The position numbers and the translations under genes are program-made. A DNA stretch of 60,488 bases, the filler included. It is 9 parts of 9 records of this genome, joined end to end, with 100 filler letters (N's around TTAATTAATTAA, not from the genome) between each part and the next. Parts side by side here need not be neighbours in the genome. Positions count along the whole stretch, not along the records: positions 48,015 to 54,643 come from SRR31147125_92865; positions 54,744 to 60,488 come from SRR31147125_92940; 7 more parts are not named here. One strand, written 5' to 3'. Below are positions 52,246-60,488 of the stretch, one piece after another (the first letter of the stretch is position 1; each line of letters opens with the position of its first letter). The notes beneath the pieces were generated by a model. It saw nothing but the letters and a program-made list of their open reading frames with translations. It had not been told where the DNA came from and made no database searches.

Positions 52246-54643
52246 TCAGCCATGTTTCACCTCCACCGGCTCCGTCAAGATCTCGACCCTCGGTTCTTCG
52301 GACTCTACCTCGGAGCGCCTCTCAAACAGTACCCCCCAGGGCGCATCGTGCTTGGCCTTTGCTGAATCCCCATCGGACACTTCGGTGCGAAGATGCCACC
52401 GCTTGAAGGTGTCTGGAGGTCTCATCTGCATCATGTATGCTTCAGCAATGCACCACACAAAGAAGGTGTACGCATACTTCACGTATGGCAATTTCCTTGA
52501 TTTTGTGTTCAATGTGGCGTTTGGAGATTCCAAGGTCAGAGTGGGCGTTTCGAAACTCGGCGATGAGTTTCGCTACGCCCTCTCTTCGTCCTCGCACAAT
52601 GCGAATCAGATCGGGGAGTAGATCACTGGGAATCATCTTGGGTCTATTCCATCCCTCGTCAGTCCTTGTGCCATGGCACGCACACCATTCAAGCAATACG
52701 AAACGATTTTCCGCTCTTTGGCCGTTCGTTTTCTTCTTGTTCATCACACCTCTGACACTTTTTCAGGTCAATTGGAGGATCTACGATGCACCTTGCATTA
52801 GATAGATAGATAGATATACAGTACGAAGACGCACCAACAAAACAGTGGATTTTGTAAGGACGAAGCGCACACTCCGGGGCCCCTTCATGAAGTGGTTGAG
52901 TCGTGTGTGTGTGTGTGGAGGGGGAAAGTCAATTCCCCTCACCTTCTGCCTGGGGTCCGTGTCCCTCGATGAGAGCTCTATCAAAGACGGGACCAACACT
53001 AGTCACTGTGGGGGGGACAAATCGATCTCGCTGTTTTCTCTTGGTGGATCCTGTTGTGACGGTGAGGAGAGGAGAACAAGGGCCCAGGCAGGAAAGAACC
53101 GGGTTACCTCCATCTGTGGAACTCTCCCTAATAAGTTCCTCGCCTTCGCTGTCAAATCCCTCCCCCTCTGACATGTGACCGTCAGGAACGATGAATCCAT
53201 CCTGTACGGAATGCATGAGTTGGGCTGGGACAGAGACATCCATGCAACGCACATCCTCTTCTTCTGCCTCGGCTTCTTTTTCATCCTCGTCACTGTCGAG
53301 AATGTCCTCTCCCTCGTCCGGTTCTTCCCTGAATGGAGTTGGGAGTGTCACTTTCCTCAGATCACAACAACGTCAACGCACGCACCCCCACTCTTCTTCG
53401 CTGTCATATTCATAGTTGAAAAGGGTCGTATCGCAAGAAAATGGTTTTGTGCCACGAATAACACCACTGGTTCGTCGAAAGGTTCCTGGGGCACGTTGTT
53501 GGAATCGACAGTACTCCATCAAGGAGCAAGGAGCACACCACGGAAGGGAGGTCGCACACTCTTGAACCAACATCCATCCTTGTAGATGGCGTGGAATTGT
53601 AACAGTTTCATGCGCGGAACAACACGTTTGGAGGACACGGGTCGTGTGCCCTTTACCCACGTCAAGAGATCACGACGAAGATCGTCAACAGATTGATCAT
53701 GCCCTGCTGCCACACATGTCATACATCATGAAACAAGGAGAGGGAACGCACCAGTGCAGTCCATCTCGGTTACATGTCGTCGTGGTATCATTGCCAGGGA
53801 TGGCGCCATGGTCACATCATCAGGGACCTGAAAGGGATGAAAGAGTTTTCCATCCTCCTTTTGCTCTGAGGCCCCCTTTTCTGAATTGCGCCGTGGAGTG
53901 TGTATTCTGCCAAGGGGAAATCTAACCGACAACCAACCTTCGGTTGACTTCTCCTTCTTCACCAGAAATCCAAGCAGTAGATTTTGCTGGCGACGAAGCA
54001 GCTGAAATCATATATGAGCGAGCAGATGGTTCGATCCATTGTTATATCGACGTACGTCTTCTTTGCGTCGTTGTTCCTCAGTTTTTTCGTGTGTCTTTTC
54101 CCCTTGTTCCTTTCGTTTCTCACTACGTTCACGCTCCTTGGCTTCGAGTTCTTGTTTCTTCTCCTCTTCCCGCTTTCGTTTCTCCTCCTCGCGCCTTTGC
54201 CGTTCACTCTCTTTTTTCCTTCGCTCTTCTGTCCTGGCTTGTTCCCGTGCGATCTTCTCCTCAACTCTTCTCTTCTTTTCTTCCTCCTTTCTCTTCTTCC
54301 TTTCTTCCACCTCCTTTTGTTTCATTTCCTTTTCACGCTGCTTGGCAGCTCGTCGTAGTTCTCGTTCCTTTTTGATACGCTCTCGTTCTTCATTCTAATC
54401 GATCGCTCCATTAGTGAAACCCATCATCATCATCGCTCACATACTTTGGCGTTTCGCTCCTCCGGTGTCATTCGTTTCCTTCGCTTCAGAGGAGTGTTTT
54501 CCCCTGCTTCATCGGCTACAGGTACAAGGGGATTCTGACAACGAGAGACGACGGTGAACTCGGACAAGAACGACACCAAACGAACCTCAGGTTTCTTGGG
54601 AGAGGAACAAACTAGTTGAATACACCAAGATGAGCGAGGGGGG
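52246..54643 (-). CDS. CHAF1A: Eukaryotic multi-exon chromatin assembly factor 1 subunit A (p150/Cac1), 5' truncated
   Basis: KER coiled coil (54008-54390), MKLLQFH..RPPF.G, NYEYDSEEEW, acidic tract + DGFIVPDGHMSEGEG, C-terminal winged helix (SKRHIEHKIKEIA); intron 54395-54444 GTATGT..CACTAAT..TAG. Confidence 0.88.
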
Positions 54644-54946
54644 NNNNNNNNNNNNNNNNNNNNNNNNNNNNNNNNNNNNNNNNNNNNTTAATTAATTAAN
54701 NNNNNNNNNNNNNNNNNNNNNNNNNNNNNNNNNNNNNNNNNNNAAAAGATGAAAGTTATCTGCGATTTACGCAAACGTTCATATAAATGCATTATGAAAA
54801 AAATCCTATTGTTAGGCGCTTAAAAGTGATTTTCAAATAGGATAAAGATTGATTGATTTTGATAAGAAAATTTTTTATCCTAATCAAAACTTTTTGATTG
54901 ACAAGTTTTGCTTCTTTTATTATTGAATCAATCTACAGATGAAATA

Positions 54947-55112
54947 TAATTAATCAAAACGTTAGACGCCATGGAGTCGAGCACTCGCAAATGAACCGTC
55001 GGGGTTCGGTTTCATCTCGAAGCGTTGTCCGAACAAGATCCTGATCACCAAATACTCTTCAATGCATTTGCCGCTCCCGCCATGCAACACGTCTGACACG
55101 TTTGATTAATTA
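54947..55112 (+). ncRNA. Candidate structured RNA (long irregular hairpin) in the leader of the osmoprotectant ABC operon
   Basis: Nested complementary arms TAATTAATCAA/TTGATTAATTA, GTTAGACG/CGTCTGAC, CATGG/CCATG, GAGC/GCTC, GCAAATG/CATTTGC. Confidence 0.45.
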
Positions 55113-55232
55113 CGGTTTATTTTTTTCACCCTTTACATATCCTCCAAAACACGTTAACAATCCATCGTATACGAAAGAAAATTTATTGATATTATTTTAA
55201 CCACCAAAAAATAAGGAGGGAACAACGCTATC

Positions 55233-55892
55233 GTGGAAACCTTTCAGTTCATTCAAAACCAATGGCCGACCCTGTGGATTCTGATCCAACAGCATGTCTT
55301 TTTTGTCGGGGTTGCCGTGCTGATCGCCATTGCGACGGGAGTCCCCATCGGCATCTGGATCTCATTCAATGCCGAGGCAGCTAAAGTCGTTCTTTATATC
55401 GCCGGCGTAATCATGACCATCCCTTCCATCGCACTTTTCGGCATCATGATTCCAATTTTGTCGGTTTTCGGGCATGGAATTGGAACCTTGCCCGCCATCA
55501 TCGCTTTGGTCCTTTACTCCCAGCTCCCCATCATTCGAAACACCTATGCCGCCATCGTCAGTGTGGATCCCAATATCATCGATGCCGGAACAGGAATGGG
55601 GATGAATAAAAGCCAGCTGCTTTGGAAAGTACGCCTTCCCATGGCCCTTTCCGTCATCTTTGCCGGAGTGCGTGTGGCGGTGGCCATGTCCATCGGAATC
55701 GGTGCCATCGCCGCGATCATCGGGGCAGGGGGCTTAGGTCAATTCATCTATCAGGGGATTGATCGAAGTTACGATGCCATGGTCAATACCGGCGCACTTA
55801 CCTTGGCGGTAATGGCGATTATTGTGGATTATTTTTTTGAATTACTTGAAACAAAACTGGTTAGTCCCGGCCTGAGAGAGGAGACAAAATAA
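55233..55892 (+). CDS. Osmoprotectant (glycine betaine/choline/proline) ABC permease
   Basis: TIPSIALFG, LPIIRNT, EAA-like DAGTGMGM, IGAGGLG; AAGGAGG RBS. Confidence 0.92.
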   Translation: METFQFIQNQWPTLWILIQQHVFFVGVAVLIAIATGVPIGIWISFNAEAAKVVLYIAGVIMTIPSIALFGIMIPILSVFGHGIGTLPAIIALVLYSQLPIIRNTYAAIVSVDPNIIDAGTGMGMNKSQLLWKVRLPMALSVIFAGVRVAVAMSIGIGAIAAIIGAGGLGQFIYQGIDRSYDAMVNTGALTLAVMAIIVDYFFELLETKLVSPGLREETK

Positions 55893-57047
55893 ATGATAGA
55901 GTTCGAACGAGTGACAAAAATTTATCCCGGCTCCAAAACCCCTGCTGTGGATGCCGTGACCTTCACAATCCCTGATGGTGAAATCTGTACAGTCATCGGG
56001 CCATCCGGATGTGGAAAAACCACCATCATGCGAATGATCAACCGGCTCCATCCCATCACCTCGGGAAGCATCAAGGTCAGCGGCACAGATGTCAATGAAA
56101 TGGACGAAATCGAACTTCGGCGCGGCATCGGCTACGCCATCCAGCAGGTGGGGCTCTTTCCCCACATGACGGTTCGGGACAACATTGCCACGGTTCCCAA
56201 ACTACTGGGATGGGACAACAAACGAATTGATGCCCGGGTGGATGAACTGTTGGATCTGGTCAACTTGGAACCTTTCACCTACCGGGACAGATATCCAAAA
56301 GAGCTGTCCGGTGGTCAGGCCCAGAGAATCGGTGTGATCAGGGCCATGGCAACGGATCCACCGGTCATGCTGATGGATGAACCCTTTGGTGCCATTGATC
56401 CCATCAATCGGGAAGTTTTGCAGGATGAATTTCTCAAAATCCAGGCCAAATTGAAAAAGACGATTGTCTTCGTTACCCATGACATTGATGAAGCAGTGAA
56501 AATGGGAGATAAAATCTGTCTGCTGGATGTAGGCCGGCTGGTCCAATTTGCATCCCCTGAAGAGATGCTGACCCATCCAAAAAATCAATTCGTCAAAGAT
56601 TTTGTCGGTGCTGATCGAACGTTAAAACGTCTGAATCTATTGACGGTAAAGGATGTCATGGTGACGGATCCTCTACATTGTCATACCGATCAGCAATGTT
56701 CGGAAGTCCTGGATTTTATGCATGAGGAAGAGATCCGTTACCTGCTGGTTACAGAACCGGACAACACTTTCAGGGGATTTGTCTATCACGAATCTTTGGT
56801 CAATCACGATGGTGTGGTTGGAGAGGTTGCTGCTGATGTTACGGTCACCGTCAACAAATCCTGTAATCTCAAAGACGCTTTGAGCAAAATGCTATCCTAC
56901 GAAATCGGCGTTTTGGTGGTCAAGGATGATGATGACAAACTCATCGGCGTTCTCAACAGCAACACACTCCACTCCGTCGTGGGAGAAACCTATGACGAAT
57001 TCGGCGGCCACTGGAATAAAATCCGAGTGGGAGGACGTATTCTATGA
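55893..57047 (+). CDS. Osmoprotectant ABC ATPase with CBS pair (OpuCA/OsmV-like)
   Basis: [28 protein letters not shown]-terminal CBS domains. Confidence 0.94.
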   Translation: MIEFERVTKIYPGSKTPAVDAVTFTIPDGEICTVIGPSGCGKTTIMRMINRLHPITSGSIKVSGTDVNEMDEIELRRGIGYAIQQVGLFPHMTVRDNIATVPKLLGWDNKRIDARVDELLDLVNLEPFTYRDRYPKELSGGQAQRIGVIRAMATDPPVMLMDEPFGAIDPINREVLQDEFLKIQAKLKKTIVFVTHDIDEAVKMGDKICLLDVGRLVQFASPEEMLTHPKNQFVKDFVGADRTLKRLNLLTVKDVMVTDPLHCHTDQQCSEVLDFMHEEEIRYLLVTEPDNTFRGFVYHESLVNHDGVVGEVAADVTVTVNKSCNLKDALSKMLSYEIGVLVVKDDDDKLIGVLNSNTLHSVVGETYDEFGGHWNKIRVGGRIL

Positions 57048-57784
57048 CACAAGCTCAAAAGAAAAAATCAATGGGAGCAACCCTTTGGAAGGCAGTGGCG
57101 TTTCTTTTTGCCTTCCTTGCCGGGGTGATGTGCGAACGCCTGGGTTTCTTTGCCTTTCTTGCCGAAAGTTGGGAAGATGTTCTCTATTTTCTCTGGCAAC
57201 ATATCCAGCTGGTTATGGCCGGATCTTTTTTTGCCATTATAATCGGTGTGCCCATCGGCATTATCCTGACACGACAATTCATGAAGCCGTTTCGAAAAGT
57301 GTCGTTGGCCTTGTTGGGGCTTTGTCAAACCATCCCTTCACTGGCGGTGCTGGCCATGGTGATGACCTGGGTTGGAATCGGCCCCAAGACGGCTATCATC
57401 GGATTGGTTGTTTACAGTCTCCTGCCCATCATTCGAAACACGGTGGCCGGTATCGACAATATCAACCCCATCCTCATCGATGCCGCCCGGGGAATGGGCA
57501 TGACGCCCATGCAGACCCTCTTGAAAGTTGAGCTTCCCAATGCGCTTTACATCATCCTCACCGGTATCAGAACATCAACGGTTATCCTGGTGGGTACGGC
57601 TGCCCTTTCTTTTCTCGTGGGAGGCGGGGGACTGGGAGATCTCATCTTCACCGGTATCGCCATGGTGGATCCGGGGATTATGCTTGGAGGGGCGATTCCC
57701 ACGGCTATTTTGGCCATTGTCATGAACTGGGCATTGGGGTGGGTTGAGTATTACCTGCTGAGTCCGGGCTTACGGCAAGAGTAA
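57044..57784 (+). CDS. Second osmoprotectant ABC permease
   Basis: QTIPSLAVL, LLPIIRNT, DAARGMGMT, GGGGLGD. Confidence 0.93.
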   Translation: MTQAQKKKSMGATLWKAVAFLFAFLAGVMCERLGFFAFLAESWEDVLYFLWQHIQLVMAGSFFAIIIGVPIGIILTRQFMKPFRKVSLALLGLCQTIPSLAVLAMVMTWVGIGPKTAIIGLVVYSLLPIIRNTVAGIDNINPILIDAARGMGMTPMQTLLKVELPNALYIILTGIRTSTVILVGTAALSFLVGGGGLGDLIFTGIAMVDPGIMLGGAIPTAILAIVMNWALGWVEYYLLSPGLRQE

Positions 57785-57974
57785 AGTAAAAAAGAGGATT
57801 TGAAGTACGAATCCCGATGGAACACTCCGATCGAACACCAGGAACGTTATTATTATGTTCGATCGGGCCTGTTTAATGCGGTATTTATGGGCTTAACGTC
57901 TGGATTTGGCAATTTTTGCTGAATTTCAGCTTTCATGAAAAATATTTTTATTTTCAATTTAATTTGGAGGACGT

Positions 57975-58886
57975 ATGAAAAAGCGATTTGCTGTAGTTGT
58001 TTTGGCATGTTTTGTGTCAATGGTTATGGGATTGAATGCGGCAGTGGCCTCAAAAGGAAAAATTATAGTTGGTTCCAAAGAGTTCACCGAGCAGCGAATT
58101 TTGGGAAATCTACTTATTGAAGTGCTGAACAATGCCGGTTATGAAGCTGAAGATAAAACCGGACTAGGAGGAACCCTTGTGGTTCGAGAAGCGCTGAAAA
58201 ATGAGCAGATCGACATTTACATGGCCTACAATGGAACCATATTGATGACCGCCCTAAAGCACAAAACTCCGATCACCGATCCAGTGGAGTGTTACAACGT
58301 TGTTAAAAAAGAGGATATGGAAAAAAATGGGATTGCCTGGCTTTCTCCCACCACGGTTAACAATACCTATTGTCTGGTCATGCGAAGTGCCCATGCCAAG
58401 GAGCTTGGCATCGCCACACTCAGTGATCTGGGAAGCTATATCAATGCCAATAAAAAAGCGCTCAATGTTGGGCTTAATGCCGAGTTCTATGCCCGTCCCG
58501 ACGGCTACCCAAAATTAAAAAAAGCGTACGATTTTAAAGTACCCATGTCAAAAATCGTAAAAATGAGAAGTGGTCTTCTTTACAACGCCATCAGAGACAA
58601 ACAGGTGGATGTTTGTGTGGCATTTGCCACAGACGGCCGAATCAAGGGATTTGATCTGGTGGTTCTGGAAGATGACAAAAAGTTCTTCCCGGCGTACACC
58701 GTGGCTCCCATTGTCAAACAAACCACCCTTGATAAATACCCGGATCTTCAGGAAGTACTCAAGCCCCTCACAGATGCCCTGACCGACGCTGAGATGACCA
58801 AACTCAACTATCAGGTGGATATTGAGAAAAAACAGGTCAAGGATGCAGCCAAAGAGTGGCTGAAAGCAAAGGGAATCATTAAATAG
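57975..58886 (+). CDS. Osmoprotectant ABC substrate-binding protein (OpuCC/OsmX-like)
   Basis: Signal peptide, VGSKEFTEQ, NNTY, EFYARPDG, FATDGRI, LEDDKKFFPAY. Confidence 0.93.
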   Translation: MKKRFAVVVLACFVSMVMGLNAAVASKGKIIVGSKEFTEQRILGNLLIEVLNNAGYEAEDKTGLGGTLVVREALKNEQIDIYMAYNGTILMTALKHKTPITDPVECYNVVKKEDMEKNGIAWLSPTTVNNTYCLVMRSAHAKELGIATLSDLGSYINANKKALNVGLNAEFYARPDGYPKLKKAYDFKVPMSKIVKMRSGLLYNAIRDKQVDVCVAFATDGRIKGFDLVVLEDDKKFFPAYTVAPIVKQTTLDKYPDLQEVLKPLTDALTDAEMTKLNYQVDIEKKQVKDAAKEWLKAKGIIK

Positions 58887-58924
58887 CGCGAAAAAATAAA
58901 ACCCGATAAAATTCTTTCCCAACC

Positions 58925-58989
58925 AGCGGATATGTCTCTCTTTTTAAAGCAAGTCTATGACAAAAGAAGATTGATATATCCGCTTTTTA
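58925..58989 (+). terminator. Large-loop hairpin/terminator after the binding-protein gene
   Basis: AGCGGATATGTC...GATATATCCGCT followed by a T-run. Confidence 0.55.
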
Positions 58990-59127
58990 GTTGAAGCACT
59001 GGAAAACATGCATTGTCATGGTGATGCGTTAATGCCCTCCTCCCCCAATCATTAGGATGTCGTCAGTGTGAGCGGCATTAAACCATTGCAGACTCAATCA
59101 TTTATCAAGAACCATGGACTCCTATCG

Positions 59128-60488
59128 ATGAATTATACCGACCAAGCCATACAATTTATTCAAGAGCTGAAATGGGAAACGCTTCCTCAGGTGGTAAAAA
59201 AACAATCCAAACGATGTCTTCTGGATACTTTGGGAGCGTTAATTGCCGGTCGCAATACGCCGGTGGGTACGCTGATGGAAGAATTTGCCCAGGATCAGTT
59301 TCCAGGGAATCAGGCAACAATTTTTATTTCCGGCAAAAAGGCGTCCGTATCCGGTGCGGTGCTGGCCAACGGCTTTGCCGGCAATGCCCTTGATATTGAT
59401 GATGGGTATCGCCCAACCATGGGGCACATTGGTGCCGCCACACTGCCGGTGGTATTAGGGGCCGCCGAATTCAAATCCGCATCCCGGAAAAGCCCCGTGT
59501 CTGGAAAAGCGTTCCTGACCGCCATGGTTGCGGGCTATGAAATTGGAGCCCGGGTGGGGTTGATCCGCCATGCCACGTATGAAACCTATCACTCATCAGG
59601 ATCCTGGGGGGCCATTTCCGGTGCGGCCGCAGCATCCAAATTGATGGGACTCTCCCATGAAAAGGTTAAACATGCGCTGGGAGCGGCCGAATACCATGCT
59701 CCCATCGCCCCCATGATGAAATGCATTGATGTCCCCGGCATGGGAAAAGACAGCCTGGGGTGGGGATGCATGATCGCCATGATGTCGACCCTCATGGCCG
59801 CTCGGGGGTTTACCGGTATTCAGCCGCTGTTTGACGATACCCCCCATTCGGAGTGGATCACCTCACTGGGTAAAGAGTGGGAAATTCTCAATATCTATTT
59901 TAAACCGTATTCTGCCTGCCGTTGGGCGCAACCCGGTGTGGACGGTGCCCTCAAGTTGATGCGGGAGCACGCCTTTTCGCCAACAGATATTGCCGCCATT
60001 CGGATCTATACGTTTAAGGAATCTGCTGCGTTGAGTCAAACCTATCCTCGAAACACGGAAGAGGCTCAGTACAATATTCCATTTCCCATTGCCGCAGCCA
60101 TTCTGGACGGAGAGGTGGGACCGGCTCAGAATCTTCCGCCCCGTCTTTATGATGCGGATATTCAAGAGATGATGGACAAAATTGAGATTATCGCCCAGGA
60201 GCGGTTTCAAAATGAGTTTCCTGCCAAAGCAGAGTCTGAAGTGGAGATAGTTACCCAATCCGGTCAAACAGTCAATTCCGGTATCCAGTCTGCCCGGTGG
60301 GATAAAGACGCGCCACCGACAGATGAAGAGTTGCAAGAAAAATTTCAGTGGTTGACGGCGCCGGTTCTTGGAAAAGAGAAGGCTGCGGCTCTCCAAGAAT
60401 TTATTTGGTATCGATTTGAAGAGAGCGGGTCGATTGATCCGCTTTATTCATTATGTATACTTAGGAATCGGTCTTTAATAACTTGCCC
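59128..60488 (+). CDS. MmgE/PrpD family protein (runs off the window end; not in the ORF track)
   Basis: Open frame MNYTDQAIQFI..RCLLDTLGALIAG..LANG..NALDIDDG..GH..GYEIG..H.SG..FKPYSACRW..EAQYNIPF. Confidence 0.9.
   Translation, partial: MNYTDQAIQFIQELKWETLPQVVKKQSKRCLLDTLGALIAGRNTPVGTLMEEFAQDQFPGNQATIFISGKKASVSGAVLANGFAGNALDIDDGYRPTMGHIGAATLPVVLGAAEFKSASRKSPVSGKAFLTAMVAGYEIGARVGLIRHATYETYHSSGSWGAISGAAAASKLMGLSHEKVKHALGAAEYHAPIAPMMKCIDVPGMGKDSLGWGCMIAMMSTLMAARGFTGIQPLFDDTPHSEWITSLGKEWEILNIYFKPYSACRWAQPGVDGALKLMREHAFSPTDIAAIRIYTFKESAALSQTYPRNTEEAQYNIPFPIAAAILDGEVGPAQNLPPRLYDADIQEMMDKIEIIAQERFQNEFPAKAESEVEIVTQSGQTVNSGIQSARWDKDAPPTDEELQEKFQWLTAPVLGKEKAAALQEFIWYRFEESGSIDPLYSLCILRNRSLITC

Noticed and set aside
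48015-54643. Dozens of overlapping small ORFs read as a phage region or an alternative genetic code
   Set aside because: They are explained by short spliceosomal introns; in the junctions I resolved, splicing restores the frame under the standard code.
59863-60396. 177-aa minus-strand ORF
   Set aside because: It is antisense to the MmgE/PrpD frame, which the track missed because that frame has no stop inside the window.
1-60488. CRISPR arrays, rRNA, intact prophage, integron or defence systems
   Set aside because: I saw no regularly spaced repeats, cas genes, integrases or recognisable defence domains.

Overview
The window is not one genomic locus. It is nine unrelated metagenomic contigs joined by 100-nt N-spacers that carry TTAATTAATTAA, so gene neighbourhoods only count within a contig. 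Taxonomic labels below are impressions from gene content and composition. (1) 1-8844, Desulfobacterales-like: ABC-type binding protein, Cys-rich exported protein, SPFH/prohibitin, 60-aa membrane protein, DUF697, two SyrD/PvdE-type ABC exporters and the start of a type I PKS. (2) 8945-15874, AT-rich: mannose-family PTS IIA/IIB/IIC, RpiR regulator, amidohydrolase pair, sugar ABC transporter. (3) 15975-22202, spirochaete-like: OmpR-family two-component system and Opp/Dpp ABC genes. (4) 22303-28584, FCB-group-like: TonB-dependent receptor plus a secreted protein with a T9SS-type C-terminal domain, a tRNA fragment and an MFS transporter. (5) 28685-35678, clostridial: LytTR/DUF3021, a sigma-28-driven Cys/His hydrolase-like gene, fliD-fliS-fliT, an IS remnant and a flavin oxidoreductase. 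(6) 35779-42090, Desulfobacterales-like: M48 peptidase, ihfA, acyl-CoA dehydrogenase, hybrid kinase, purB. (7) 42191-47914, spirochaete-like: RNHCP-rsgA, cN-II nucleotidase, MFS, Zn-phospholipase C family, tRNA-Gly(CCC). (8) 48015-54643, a eukaryote with ~50-nt introns: convergent SFI1-like and CAF-1 p150 genes. (9) 54744-60488, Desulfobacterales-like: osmoprotectant ABC operon with a long structured leader, then MmgE/PrpD. Six genes are split at homopolymer runs, most likely through sequencing error. The best candidates for new biology are the membrane/export module in front of the PKS, the flagellar-regulon papain-like hydrolase and the structured RNA leader of the osmoprotectant operon.
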